Of a stretch of DNA of 64,000 bases, positions 23,255 through 39,479 are shown piece after piece. Source of the stretch: Eledone cirrhosa (lineage: Eukaryota); contig OZ024762.1 in the NCBI GenBank assembly GCA_964016885.1, positions 27,590,001-27,654,000 of the forward strand, given 5' to 3'. Each line of letters begins with the position of its first letter. The stretch's first letter is position 1. A program made the position numbers and the translations under genes. The notes beneath the pieces are model-generated. The model did not search any database, was not told the DNA's origin, and saw only the letters and a program-made list of their open reading frames with translations.

Positions 23255-24520
23255 TGAGGCTTGTTGGTTTGTGTGTTCGGTTCACGATCGTTAGGTCATG
23301 ACTTCTATTCCCTTCCCTTCCCGTCGGTGCGTTGTCTTTGAGCAAGACACTGATTTTTTTTTTCTTTTCAAATTGCTCTCGTCCGCTCAATTGGCAACAA
23401 TGAATTGTACCTGTAATAGAAAGGGTCAGCCATGTCAAATACTGTGTCATGCAGAATCGCCGTCCATTTTGGCTGGCAAAAATGAATTGTATCTTTAAAC
23501 AAAAGGCTAGCTATGCCACACATTGTCACATCAATAAACGACTAACCCCATCTAGCTCTGAAGTTATGAACTGTTGGAAAAGATTTAAAACATGTTAGGA
23601 CGAGTTATTTTGTCCGTGGCACTGGGATGCATACATGTTAGGACGAGTTCTCTCGTCTACGGCACTAAAGAGGTTAAAGAAAAGGCCAGCTATGTCAGGC
23701 ATTCTGTCAAACAGAATCACCGTCAATTAAGCTGGCAAAATGAGTTGTACTAGGGTTGTATTTAGACCTTTGGGGAGCCCCTCATGTACAAAAAATAGAA
23801 TACACCGCAAACCCCCAATTTTGCATATCAAAGTTATCTTGGCGCAAGTAATTGGAATTGAATAGTTATACATCTAATCTAATCTAATCTGGCTGAGTTT
23901 ACATTCGCAAATAAGAAGGACCAGGGCCACCCCTAGGAGCATTGGATTTGGTGTACTTCATAGTTGTTTTGGTTGCTGAATACAATCAGGGGTCGCTGCT
24001 TCTCCTGAAGGTCAATAGTTCTCTTCTAACTCGAGCGGGAGCGCCTTTCCGTTGTCAATTTACATTGATCATCTGCAAAGCTGCATTTTTATCAGAACCA
24101 CTACACCAGTATCTGGATGTGTGCAGCTGGAACTACTGCCACATACAAGTATTACATTCAAACATTCTAACCATCTTAAAACTAAAAAGCCCATCTGAGG
24201 GCACAAATAAATTACTACAGCCGTTGATTGTGGGGTCCCCCACTATTAAATCCGGCCCTGGTTGAACCTTTAATTATAAGGATCAGCTTTGTCACACACA
24301 GTCATACAGAATATCTGTCGATTTAGGTGGCAAAAATGAGTTGCACCTTTAATTCAAAGAACCAGTTATGTCATATACTGTATCATGCTGAATCTCCCTG
24401 AGAATTACGTCGAGGGTACATGTGTCAATGGAATGTTCAGCCACATACATGTTAATTTTCAAAAGCAGGCTGTTCGCACCACTGAAATGATCATCGTCGT
24501 AGATGAGGGAGGTCCTACAA
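23255..24520 (+). mobile_element. Degenerate SINE with tandemly reiterated ~75-bp internal module, interrupted by insertions
   Basis: ctggcaaaaatgagttgtacc...agggccagc..tgtcac motif recurs near 23390, 23470, 23730, 24265 and 24328; ends with the tgctgaatctccctgagaa domain. Confidence 0.55.
23751..24260. mobile_element. Possible hAT-type non-autonomous DNA element
   Basis: Right end taaatccggccctg, degenerate left end tagggttgtattta; imperfect gttgtac/gttgaac flanks. Confidence 0.4.
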
Positions 24521-24529
24521 ATATGCAAC

Positions 24530-25115
24530 TACCATCGTCAACATCACCACAATACCATCATCAACATCATTACCAGCAACATCATCCCAACCATCATCAT
24601 TACCAACAATACCATTATCATCATCATCATCATCAACATCATCATCATCATCTCCATCATCATTATCACCATCATCATTATCACTATCATCACCATCATC
24701 ATCATCATTATCCCAATCACCATCATTATCAACATCATCATCATCATCATCATTATCAATATCATCATCATCGACATCGACATCATCACCATCACCATCA
24801 ACAGCATCGTTATCAACATCATCACCTTCATCTCCATCATCATCATCACTATTTTCATAATCATCACCAACATCATAATCGACATCGACTTGACCACGAT
24901 CATCATCATTCTAACCACCATGAACACCAACATCATCATCACCAACATCATCACCAACATCAACACCACCAACATCAACACCACCAACATCATCATCACC
25001 AACATCATCATCATCTACATCGACTTCATCAAAACCTACATCATCATCATCACCATCATCAACATCACCATCACTATCACCATCACCATCATTACCATCA
25101 TCATCATCATCATCA
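24530..25115. repeat. Degenerate (CAT/CAC/CAA)n trinucleotide repeat
   Basis: Low-complexity CAT run giving poly-His/Ile/Met ORFs in several frames. Confidence 0.9.
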
Positions 25116-26279
25116 ATGCACGCCTTTCGTTACGTTACGTAGTCAGATTAGGAAAGGCATGCAGGCTTCAACATCACTTTTTTTCGTTAGTCTTCATAAA
25201 TATGTCTTTAGTCTCGTGCATTTTCTAATCAAATTAGAAATCTTTATTGCAATTAATTTAATTTTCGTCTAGCGTTAATTAATGTCCATATATCGTTTAT
25301 TTGTGTGTTATTTTTATTGTTTTTATTGCAAATATATTTTTTAATTGCTATCTTTCTTTTTTATCAAAAAAGCCCATGTTTTTATTTATTTATTTATTTA
25401 ATTCACAGCCTTGTTGTGTATTATGTTTGTTTGTTTGCTTTTTGTTATTGTTGTTGTTGTTATTGTTTTCTGTTGGTGAAGAGAATTTGTGAGGAAAGGT
25501 CAGGGAGGAAGTGGTTTTCTTCTTTCACCTCGCAACCTCGTTTAAAATACCGTTACACCTACACTACCAATCTTTTCTTCTTTGCAAAAAAATAAAAAAA
25601 TAAAAAGTTGTGCGATATTCTACGTTGCTTTTGTAATTATATTTTGATTTTTTTTTTCTAAAACTTTATTTTTTTATTTTTTCGATCGTAATTTTAGTTT
25701 TTTTTTTTTTTGGGGGGGGGGGTTAATTGTGTTTTTTTTCATTGCAGTTCTTATGTTTTTTTTTGTTTTTTTTTTCGTTGCAGTTCTTACGTTTTTGTTG
25801 TTGTTTGTTTTTAATCATGCTTTTCATTTAGCTGCATGGGTATATGAAGAATGGGGCGAAAGGCCTTTATTCATTTTTGCTTCTTTCGTTGCGCTGTTTA
25901 TGTTGTTATTATTGTTGTTAGTTACTGTTGTGTTGATGATGATGTCTTTGTATTTGTTGTTGTTGTTGATGAAGATGTTTTTGCATTTGCTTTGTTTTGT
26001 TTTTGTTGCTGTTCCTGTTTATTTTTTTTTATTATTTTTGTTTTAATATTTTTGGTAATACTAATATATTTGCAGTCCAAACATTAGCAGGAATAACGTT
26101 AACCCAACAACTGTCATTAACCAAACTAATTACCAGAAAGTGCCAAATTTTAAAACAACAATTTGAATAAAAACATAATAATTTTTATTTCATTTTAAAC
26201 CGCCCTTTTTGGTCCTTATTCGAGTGATAATTTGGGCGTAAATTCATTTCACAGAATAAAACAGCTTCTCTGCTGCCAA

Positions 26280-27130
26280 AATTACTGTTAAAACGACTTC
26301 CAAAAACACTGTTAAATGTGCTGCGAAAACGAGTGCTAAACCCACTGCCATAAAAAAAAATGATCGAAACTACTGCTAATGTAAAAACTATTCCTACAAA
26401 ATCTGCTAAACCCCCACTAAAATTATTGCTAAGCCCACTACTATTAAAAGATTACTAAACCTACTACTACTAAAATATTGCTACACCCACTCCTAAAAGA
26501 TTGTTAAATCCACCACTACTATAAATATTGCTAAACCCACCGCTACTAAAATATTGCTAAACCCTCTCTCTCCCTCTCTCTATCTCTCTTCTTCAGCCAC
26601 TTATTCCTGAGTGGGTCGTGGGAGCAGAGTCCTTAAATACTATTTCCAGCGGGTCCTGTCAGAAGCAACCGTTTCCAACTGATCCCCAAGCGTGACCATC
26701 CAAGCTCATGGATGTTATCCAACCATCTTGCTCGGGTTCTACCCCTGGGACTCCTAGTGGTTGGTTTTGCCCATGAAATCTGTTCATTCCACCACTAAAA
26801 ATATTGTTAATCTCACTACTAAAAATATTACTAAATCTACCAACTACTAAAAACACTGCTAAACCAAGTATTAAAAATATTGCTAATTTCACTACTAAAT
26901 ATGTTACTAAACCCACTGAAAACTAAAACGATTGATAAACCCACTCACTGCTAAAACTATTGCTAAACCCAGTACTAAAAATATTGCTAAACCTAGCACT
27001 AAAAATATTGTTTAGTCCACTACTAAATATATTACTAAACCCACCCGTTACTAAGAAATTCTAAACACACTGTAAGGAGGTCTTAAAGGAACTAAATTCA
27101 ATATAAAGCCCACCTGCTAAATCTACTATC
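26280..27130. repeat. Old degenerate ~24-27 bp minisatellite (aaaatattgctaaacccactact), probable precursor of the 28-bp array
   Basis: Recurrent aatattgctaaaccc / ccactactaaa motifs. Confidence 0.7.
26585..26782 (-). mobile_element. RTE-clade LINE 3' fragment inserted in the minisatellite
   Basis: Minus frame reads ..PRGRTRARWLDNIHELGWSRLGI..; ends in a gaagaagaga tail. Confidence 0.6.
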
Positions 27131-27133
27131 AAA

Positions 27134-30100
27134 GATATTACTAAACTTACCACTACTATAGATATTACAAAACCTACCACTACTATAGATATTACTAAAC
27201 ATATTACTAAACATATTACTAAACCTACCTACTACTATGGATATTACTAAACCTACCTACTACTAAACATATTACTAAACCTACCTACAACTATAGATAT
27301 TACTAAACCTACCTACTACTAAATATATTACTAAACCTATCTACTACTATAGATATTACTAAACCTACCTACTACTATAGATATTACTAAACCTACCTAC
27401 CACTATAGATATTACTAAACCTACCTACTACTATAGATATTACTAAACCTACCTACTACTAAACATACCTACTACTATAGATATTACTAAACCTACCTAC
27501 TACTATAGATATTACTAAACCTACCTACCACTATAGATATTACTAAACCTAACTCCTACTATAGATATTACTAAACCTACCTACTACTAAACATATTACT
27601 AAACCTACCTACTACTATAGATATTACTAAACCTACCTACTACTATAGATATTACTAAACCTACCTACTACCATAGATATTACTAAACCTAACCCTAAAC
27701 CTACCTACTACTATAGATATTACTAAACCTACCTAATACTAGAGATATTAATAAACCTACCTACTACTATAGATATTACTAAACCTACCTAATACTAGAG
27801 ATATTAATAAACCTACCTACTACTAAACATATTACTAAACCTACCTACTACTATAGATATTACTAAACCTACCTACTACTAAACATATTACTAAACCTAC
27901 CTACCACTATAGATATTACTAAACCTACCTACTACTATAGATATTACTAAACCTACCTACTACTATAGATATTACTAAACCTACCTACTACTAAACATAT
28001 TACTAAACCTACCTACTACTAAACATATTACTAAACCTACCTACTACTATATATATTACTAAACCTACCTACTACTATAGATATTACTAAACCTATCTAC
28101 TACTATAGATATTACTAAACCTACCTACTACTATATATATTACTAAACCTACCTACTACTATAGATATTACTAAACCTACCTACTACTATAGATATTACT
28201 AAACCTATCTACTACTATAGATATTACTAAACCTACCTACTACTATATATATTACTAAACCTACCTACTACTATAGATATTACTAAACCTACCTACTACT
28301 ATAGATATTACTAAACCTATCTACTACTATAGATATTACTAAACCTACCTACTACTATAGATATTACTAAACCTATCTACTACTATAGATATTACTAAAC
28401 CTACCTACTACTATATATATTACTAAACCTACCTACTACTATAGATATTACTAAACCTACCTACTACTATAGATATTACTAAACCTATCTACTACTATAG
28501 ATATTACTAAACCTACCTACTACTATATATATTACTAAACCTACCTACTACTATAGATATTACTAAACCTACCTACTACTATAGATATTACTAAACCTAT
28601 CTACTACTATAGATATTACTAAACCTACCTACTACTATAGATATTACTAAACCTAGCTACTACTATAGATATTACTAAAGCTACCCACTACTATAGATAT
28701 TAGTAAACCTACCTACTACTATAGATATTACTAAACCTACCTACTACTATAGATATTACTAAACCTACCTACTACTATATATATTACTAAACCTACCTAC
28801 CACTATAGATATTACTAAACCTACCTACTACTATAGATATTACTAAACCTACCTACTACTAAACATATTACTAAACCTACCTACTGCTATAGATATTAGT
28901 AAACCTACCTACTACTAAACATGTTACTAAACCTACCTACTACTATAGATATTACTAAACCTACCTACTACTATAGATATTAGTAAACCTACCTACTACT
29001 AGAGATATTACTAAACCTACCTACTACTAAACATATTACTAAACCTACCTACTACTATAGATATTACTAAACCTACCTACTACTAAACATATTACCAAAC
29101 CTACCTACTACTATAGATATTACTAAACCTACCTACTACTATAGATATTAGTAAACCTACCTACTACTAAACATATTACCAAACCTACCTACTACTATAG
29201 ATATTACTAAACCTACCTACTACTATAGATATTACTAAACCTACCTACTACTAAACATATTACCAAACCTACCTACTACTATAGATATTACTAAACCTAC
29301 CTACTACTATAGATATTACTAAACCTACCTACTACCATAGATATTACTAAACCTAACCCTAAACCTACCTACTACTATAGATATTACTAAACCTACCTAC
29401 TACTATAGATATTACTAAACCTATCTACTACTATAGATATTACTAAACCTACCTACTACTATAGATATTACTAAACCTACCTACTACTATAGATATTACT
29501 AAACCTACCTACTACCATAGATATTACTAAACCTAACCCTAAACCTACCTACTACTATAGATATTACTAAACCTACCTACTACTAAACATATTACTAAAC
29601 CTACCTACTACTATAGATATTACTAAACCTACCTCCTACTATAGATATTACTAAACCTACCTACTACTAAACATATTACTAAACCTATCTACTACTATAG
29701 ATATTACTAAACCTACCTACCACTATAGATATTACTAAACCTACTTACTACTAAACATATTACTAAACCTACCTACTACTAAACATATTACTAAACCTAC
29801 CTACTACTATAGATATTACAAAACCTACCTACTACTATAGATATTACTAAACCTACTTACTACTAAACATATTACTAAACCTACCTACTACTATAGATAT
29901 TACCAAACCTACCTACTACTAAACATATTACTAAACCTACCTACTACTATAGATATTACTAAATCTACCTACTACTAAACATATTACTAAACCTATCTAC
30001 TACTATAGATATTACTAAAGCTACCCACTACTATAGATATTACTAAACCTACCTACTACTATAGATATTACTAAACCTAACCCTAAACCTACCTACTACT

Positions 30101-33100
30101 ATAGATATTACTAAACCTACCTACTACTATAGATATTACTAAACCTACCTACTACTATAGATATTACTAAACCTACCTACTACTATAGATATTACTAAAC
30201 CTACCTGCTACTATAGATATTACTAAACCTACCTACTACTATATATATTACTAAACCTACCTACTACTAAACATATTACTAAACCTACCTACTACTATAG
30301 ATATTACTAAACCTACCTAATACTAGAGATATTACTAAACCTACCTACTACTATAGATATTACTAAACCTAGCTACTACTATAGATATTACTAAACCTAA
30401 CCCTAAACCTACCTACTACTATAGATATTACTAAACCTACCTACTACTAAACATATTACTAAACCTACCTACTACTATAGATATTACTAAACCTACCTAC
30501 TACTATAGATATTACTAAACCTACCTACTACTAAACATATTACTAAACCTAGCTACTACTATAGATATTACTAAACCTACCTACTAATATAGATATTAGT
30601 AAACCTACCTACTACTATAGATATTACTAAACCTACCTACTACTATAGATATTACTAAACCTACCTACTACTATAGATATTACTAAACCTACCTACTACT
30701 ATAGATATTACTAAACCTAGCTACTACTAAACATATTACTAAACCTACCTACCACTATAGATATTACTAAACCTACCTAATACTATAGATATTACTAAAC
30801 CTACCTACTACTAAACATATTACTAAACCTACCTACTACTATAGATATTACTAAACCTACCTACTACTATAGATATTACTAAACCTACCTACTACTAAAC
30901 ATATTACTAAGCCTACCTACTACTATAGATATTACTAAACCTACCTACTACTATAGATATTACTAAACCTATCTACTACTATAGATATTACTAAACCTAC
31001 CTACTACTATAGATATTACTAAACCTACCTAATACTAGAGATATTAATAAACCTACCTACTACTATAGATATTACTAAACCTACCTACTACTATAGATAT
31101 TACTAAACCTACCTACTACTAAACATATTACTAAACCTACCTACTACTATAGATATTACTAAACCTACCTACTACTAAACATATTACTAAGCCTACCTAC
31201 CACTATAGATATTACTAAACCTACCTACTACTAAACATATTACTAAATCTACCTACTACTATAGATATTACTAAACCTACCTACTACTATAGATATTACT
31301 AAGCCTACCTACTACTATAGATATTACTAAACCTACCTACTACTATAGATATTACTAAACCTATCTACTACTATAGATATTACTAAACCTACCTACTACT
31401 AAACATATTACTAAGCCTACCTACTACTATAGATATTACTAAACCTACCTACTACTATAGATATTACTAAACCTACCTACTACTAAACATATTACTAAGC
31501 CTACCTACTACTATAGATATTACTAAACCTACCTACTACTATAGATATTACTAAACCTACCTACTACTATAGATATTACTAAATCTACCCACTACTATAG
31601 ATATTACTAAACCTACCACTACTATAGATATTACTAAAGCTACCTACTATTATAGATATTAGTAAACCTACCCACTACTATAGATATTACTAAACCTACC
31701 TACTACTATAGATATTACTAAACCTACCTACTACTATAGATATTACTAAACCTAGCTACTACTATAGATATTACTAAACCTACCTACTACTAAACATATT
31801 ACTAAACCTAGCTACTACTATAGATATTACTAAACCTAGCTACTACTAAACATATTACTAAATCTACCTACTACTATAGATATTACTAAACCTACCTACT
31901 ACTATAGATATTACTAAACCTACCTACTACTAAACATATTACTAAACCTACCTACTACTATAGATATTAGTAAACCTACCCACTACTATAGATATTACTA
32001 AACCTACCTGCTACTATAGATATTACTAAATCTACCTACTACTGAACATATTACTAAATCTACCCACTACTATAGATATTGCTAAACCTACCTACTACTA
32101 AACATATTACTAAATCTACCCACTACTATAGATATTACTAAACCTACCTACTACTATAGATATTAGTAAACCTACCCACTACTAAACATATTACTAAACC
32201 TACCTACTACTAAACATATTACTAAACCTACCTACTACTATAGATATTACTAAACCTACCTACTACTATAGATATTACTAAATCTACCTGCTACTATAGA
32301 TATTACTAAATCTACCTACTACTATAGATATTACTAAACCTACCTAATACTATAGATATTACTAAACCTACCTACCACTATAGATATTACTAAATCTACC
32401 TACTACTATAGATATTACTAAACCTACCTACTACTATAGATATTACTAAACCTACCTACTACTAAACTTATTACTAAACCTACCTACTACTATAGATATT
32501 ACTAAACCTACCTACCACTATAGATATTACTAAACCTACCTACTACTATAGATATTACTAAACCTACCTACTACTATAGATATTACTAAACCTACCTACC
32601 ACTATAGATATTACTAAACCTACCTACTACTATAGATATTACTAAACCTACCTCCTACTAAACATATTACTAAACCTACCTACTACTATAGATATTACTA
32701 AACCTACCTACTACTATAGATATTACTAAACCTACCTACTACTATAGATATTACTAAACCTACCTACTACTAAACATATTACTAAACCTACCTACTACTA
32801 TAGATATTACTAAATCTACCTACCACTATAGATATTACTAAACCTACCTACTACTATAGATATTACTAAACCTACCTACTACTATAGATAATACTAAACC
32901 TACCTACTACTAAACATATTACTAAACCTACCTACTACTATAGATATTACTAAACCTAACTACTACTATAGATATTACTAAACCTACTTACTACTAAACA
33001 TATTACTAAACCTACCTACTACTATAGATATTACTAAACCTACCTACTACTATAGATATTACTAAACCTATCTACTACTATAGATATTACTAAATCTACC

Positions 33101-33613
33101 TACCACTATAGATATTTCTAAATCTACCCACTATCAAAGATATTTCTAAACCTACCTACTACTATAGATATTACTAAACCTACCTACTACTATAGATAAT
33201 ACTAAACCTACCTACTACTAAACATATTACTAAACCTACCTACTACTATAGATATTACTAAACCTACCTACTACTATAGATATTACTAAACCTACTTACT
33301 ACTAAACATATTACTAAACCTACCTACTACTATAGATATTACTAAACCTACCCACTACTATAGATATTACTAAACCTACCTACTACTAAACATATTACTA
33401 AACCTACCTACCACTATAGATATTTCTAAATCTACCTACTACTATAGATATTACTAAACCTACCTACTACTAAACATATTACTAAACCTACCTACCACTA
33501 TAGATATTACTAAACCTACCTACTACTAAACATATTACTAAATCTACCTACCACTATAGATATTTCTAAATCTACCCACTATCAAAGATATTTCTAAACC
33601 TACCTACTACTAA
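27134..33613. repeat. 28-bp satellite (atattactaaacctacctactactatag)n, ~230 copies
   Basis: Period 28 read directly; main variants -tatag / -taaac; no ORF in the track. Confidence 0.97.
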
Positions 33614-34677
33614 AAATGTTCATTGGTCCACCACTAAATATATTACAAAAGCCACTTACTATTAAAACGTCTGCTAAAGCCACTCACTGCTAAAAGGATT
33701 TTTAAGTCCACCTGTAAGAAGGTCGTTGTTAGGGAACTTAAATCGATAAGAAACCCACCTGGAAATAACTGCATCAATAGACATTTATCTAAACGTAGTA
33801 TTACAGCTTATGACAGAGGAGCCAACCTGCATTTAATTCGAGTGACGAAAGCCGTAGAGCAAGACACAAGCTCCATTACGAGTCGAAAATGCAATATCTT
33901 CTTAATCCCACGATGGAATCCATCCATTTTCATTACGTTTATTACCTCTAATATAGCAGCTATAAACTATTACAGCCTCAATTTCTGCCATCTCTACCTC
34001 ACTACCACCTTCATCTTACATTCTTTCGCAATTTTTCTCCCTCTGCGATAGACCCTTTTATATTAATTCAGTATTAAAACCAATATTATTTGACAAATAT
34101 AAGAGATACGATTCGAAAGTGCATGCGTTTAATTTTCGAAGGGTCATATTTTTTTTTCTTTTCTATCATTTATATTTATTCTTCGTTTTTGCTGTTGGTG
34201 GGGATCACTAACAATAAGTCTTATTCGCCCAAAATTAGATTTTAAACATGGAACTGGCTTATACTTCTTTCATTTCAAGCGAGATTGAAATTTATAGGCG
34301 AAGACAAGAAATCTTGTAAATTCTTTTTCTGACATCTTTTAAAGGTTTCCATCGCAATTCGCTTCCTTTTACACCTTGCTTACAATGCCTTCATATATGA
34401 TTAAACATGGAAAAATTTCCCCATGAAATTATTGGCATGTCTTTACAGATCTAGAAATATATATACATATATAGTATTAAGTATACTATTTATGGTTATG
34501 CAAATACAAAAACCTTTTGTAGTTATATATATTTTTATATACCCTAAATAGTGCTAGGCAGTAATATATTACTACCTTATTACCAGTAAGTTAAATAGCT
34601 CAATGTAATAACATCAGATGATTTACAGAGCAGTTATATGAATTATAAGAATCAAAGAACTGTTCAAAACATTTTTA

Positions 34678-34724
34678 TGCTTACAACTGTTTCCTCCAAA
34701 CCGAGGTTTCGCTTCTTCGGAGCA
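34678..34724 (-). ncRNA. Hammerhead ribozyme variant (U4C core)
   Basis: Minus strand: tgct CCGAAGA agcg-aaacc-tc-ggttt-ggag GAAA cagttg TA agca; base of stem II poorly paired. Confidence 0.5.
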
Positions 34725-35937
34725 ATTTATTATTGAATGAACACTTATATGACCTCCTTTTCACCCAAGAGACATGCAGATACATATGCAAATATTGTGG
34801 GTCAACATTCATTACAGCATTTAGTGTGGCAGTACACATTTAGAGATTACATTCATATTAAAAGATACAATCAAAAATACAGGTTAAAATACAACATGAA
34901 ATTAAGCGGTTATAGAGTGCAATGGTTATATGTGTGGCAAGCGCGTGCGTCTTGTTTATATAGTGTGGCAGAGAGTTACGTGTAATAGAAGCACTTAAGC
35001 AGGTAATCAAGAGTGTTAAGGGGGTTGATCTGGTAATGAATTCTTTATATGATTGTTATAGCCTGTGTGTGGAGAAATAATATAAGTATTAAAAATAATG
35101 TAAGCATTAAAAATGTTGGCAATGCGTAGCGAAGCGATGATATGGATTTCATGCACTGCGACATTTTCATAGTCTGGGGAGCGTATTTTTCAGATTATAT
35201 GCCCCTCACATAATCCACAACGATTCGATATTGGGCGTTTGACAATCCAGTTAGAGAATCGTAGTCTGATGTTCTTTAGCTCAATACAGGAGGATGTTAC
35301 GTTGCGAGAATCGACATCGAAATATTACCCGGAACTGTGTGTGTGGCTAAGGGGAGTTAATGCATGAGGGGAGGTAACTCAGTGGTTTCTATTACTAACT
35401 ATTAAATCGTGTCTCAAAATAGTCCCTAACTTATATGGTTATGCGCAGTTTCTAAAAAATTTCTAAAAATTTAAAGTGTTTTAACTATAAAGTAGTCTAT
35501 TAACCTGTGCTGAAGGTGTTCTTATAATGGTGATTAACCTCCATCGTAGAGTGACACAAATGAATATCATACACGACGAGCGAGATTTCTAAATTAATGA
35601 TCACTGTGATTGTAGTCTACTCAAAGAACCAGACAAGGTGATTGCAGAATCACTTCAACACACAATGATCCCTGGTAAGTTCCGGGTCCGTGCATGCTAT
35701 ATTGGATGTCGAAAGATAATCATCACCAGGGCCGACCAGAGGTCAATCCACACTCCTCATGTCTCCAATCTGACCATCAAATCATACATATATGTACAAC
35801 CCATACGCCACTTGCAATACATTCACTGCACTCAGCATACCGGTCGCACAGCTCATCAACGTTACTAGATTAATTAGTTTTCCATTTACGAAGGATATGT
35901 GGTAAGGAACCAGGTGGCCGTCGGGGTCCTACTCGTT

Positions 35938-35939
<2 letters not shown>

Positions 35940-36001
<62 letters not shown>

Positions 36002-36042
36002 AAGATATTAATAAATGGAAACTATATTTATAAAACCATATT

Positions 36043-36083
<41 letters not shown>

Positions 36084-36093
36084 TATATATATA

Positions 36094-36187
<94 letters not shown>

Positions 36188-36197
36188 TATATATATA

Positions 36198-36285
<88 letters not shown>

Positions 36286-36295
36286 TATATATATA

Positions 36296-36366
<71 letters not shown>
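35940..36366. repeat. (TA)n tract with embedded pLTR-like fragment (36001-36050) and ~100-bp higher-order periodicity
   Basis: attaatata..ttta interruption recurs near 36080, 36183 and 36281; aataaatggaaactat fragment of the 21-kb family. Confidence 0.85.
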
Positions 36367-36368
<2 letters not shown>

Positions 36369-36374
36369 CCCATT

Positions 36375-36414
36375 CCGAGCTGAGGATCCGCTAAGGTGAA
36401 ACAATTGTTCTCGG
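36375..36414 (+). ncRNA. Minimal hammerhead ribozyme (same family as 3483)
   Basis: ccgag CTGAGGA tccgctaaggt GAAA caattg TT ctcgg, in a ~145-bp insert between TA tracts. Confidence 0.8.
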
Positions 36415-36539
36415 TATGGTGAACTAACTGTTGTGTAACCACTTCTACCTAACTCGTCCCATGGACTGAGTGCTCTACTACTACGGATATTACCTTCCAG
36501 TGTTCCACCACTATATATATATATATATAATTTGTGTGT

Positions 36540-36722
36540 GAAGGCGTGTGGCTGTGTGGTTAGAGAATTGGATTCACAATGCGTTGCGTTATGTCCTTGA
36601 GCAAGATACTTTATTTCACGTTGCTCCTTCTACCTGGAGTTGCGACTGATAGATAGTATTACCAATTGGAAAGACTGACGAAAACATTGTTTCCTCGGTC
36701 CGATTTGACGAAAGTCGATCGA
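36540..36722 (+). mobile_element. tRNA-derived SINE (family 2), internally deleted
   Basis: Matches 21572-21785. Confidence 0.75.
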
Positions 36723-36764
36723 TATATGTATATATATACATACAGACAGAGAGAGAGAGATACA

Positions 36765-39175
<2,411 letters not shown>

Positions 39176-39479
39176 ATGCATTTTCGATTTCATCTTTTTT
39201 TCTTTATACTTTCACTCGTGTAGGACACTTCGGTTATTTTTCATTTTGTAAAAAAAACCTCACTTTCTAATATATATATATATATAATAAAATGTGGAGA
39301 GGAGGCACACGAGTTAGGATATATATATATATATGAAAACAAGGAGAAAGAGACGATTATGAGGAGGAAAAATATATTTTTTTCCTTTTTTTTGTCTCTC
39401 TCTCTCTCTTTTTTCTGAGATTAAAACGAAATGTTTTACTTTGTGTGAAGTGTTAAGGTATTAGTTTATTTATTTATTA

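Noticed and set aside
24385-25272. 295-aa His-rich ORF
   Set aside because: Product of a (CAT)n repeat, open in several frames and on both strands; its N-terminus is SINE sequence
25729-26087. Hydrophobic membrane-protein-like ORFs
   Set aside because: T-rich (GTT/TTT) low-complexity sequence with no gene structure evidence
27134-33613. CRISPR-like array (28-bp repeat)
   Set aside because: No unique spacers, no cas genes, eukaryotic context; it is a plain tandem satellite
36672-36722. CTGACGA...GAAA in a SINE tail
   Set aside because: No consistent stems I-III, and the sister SINE lacks the motif
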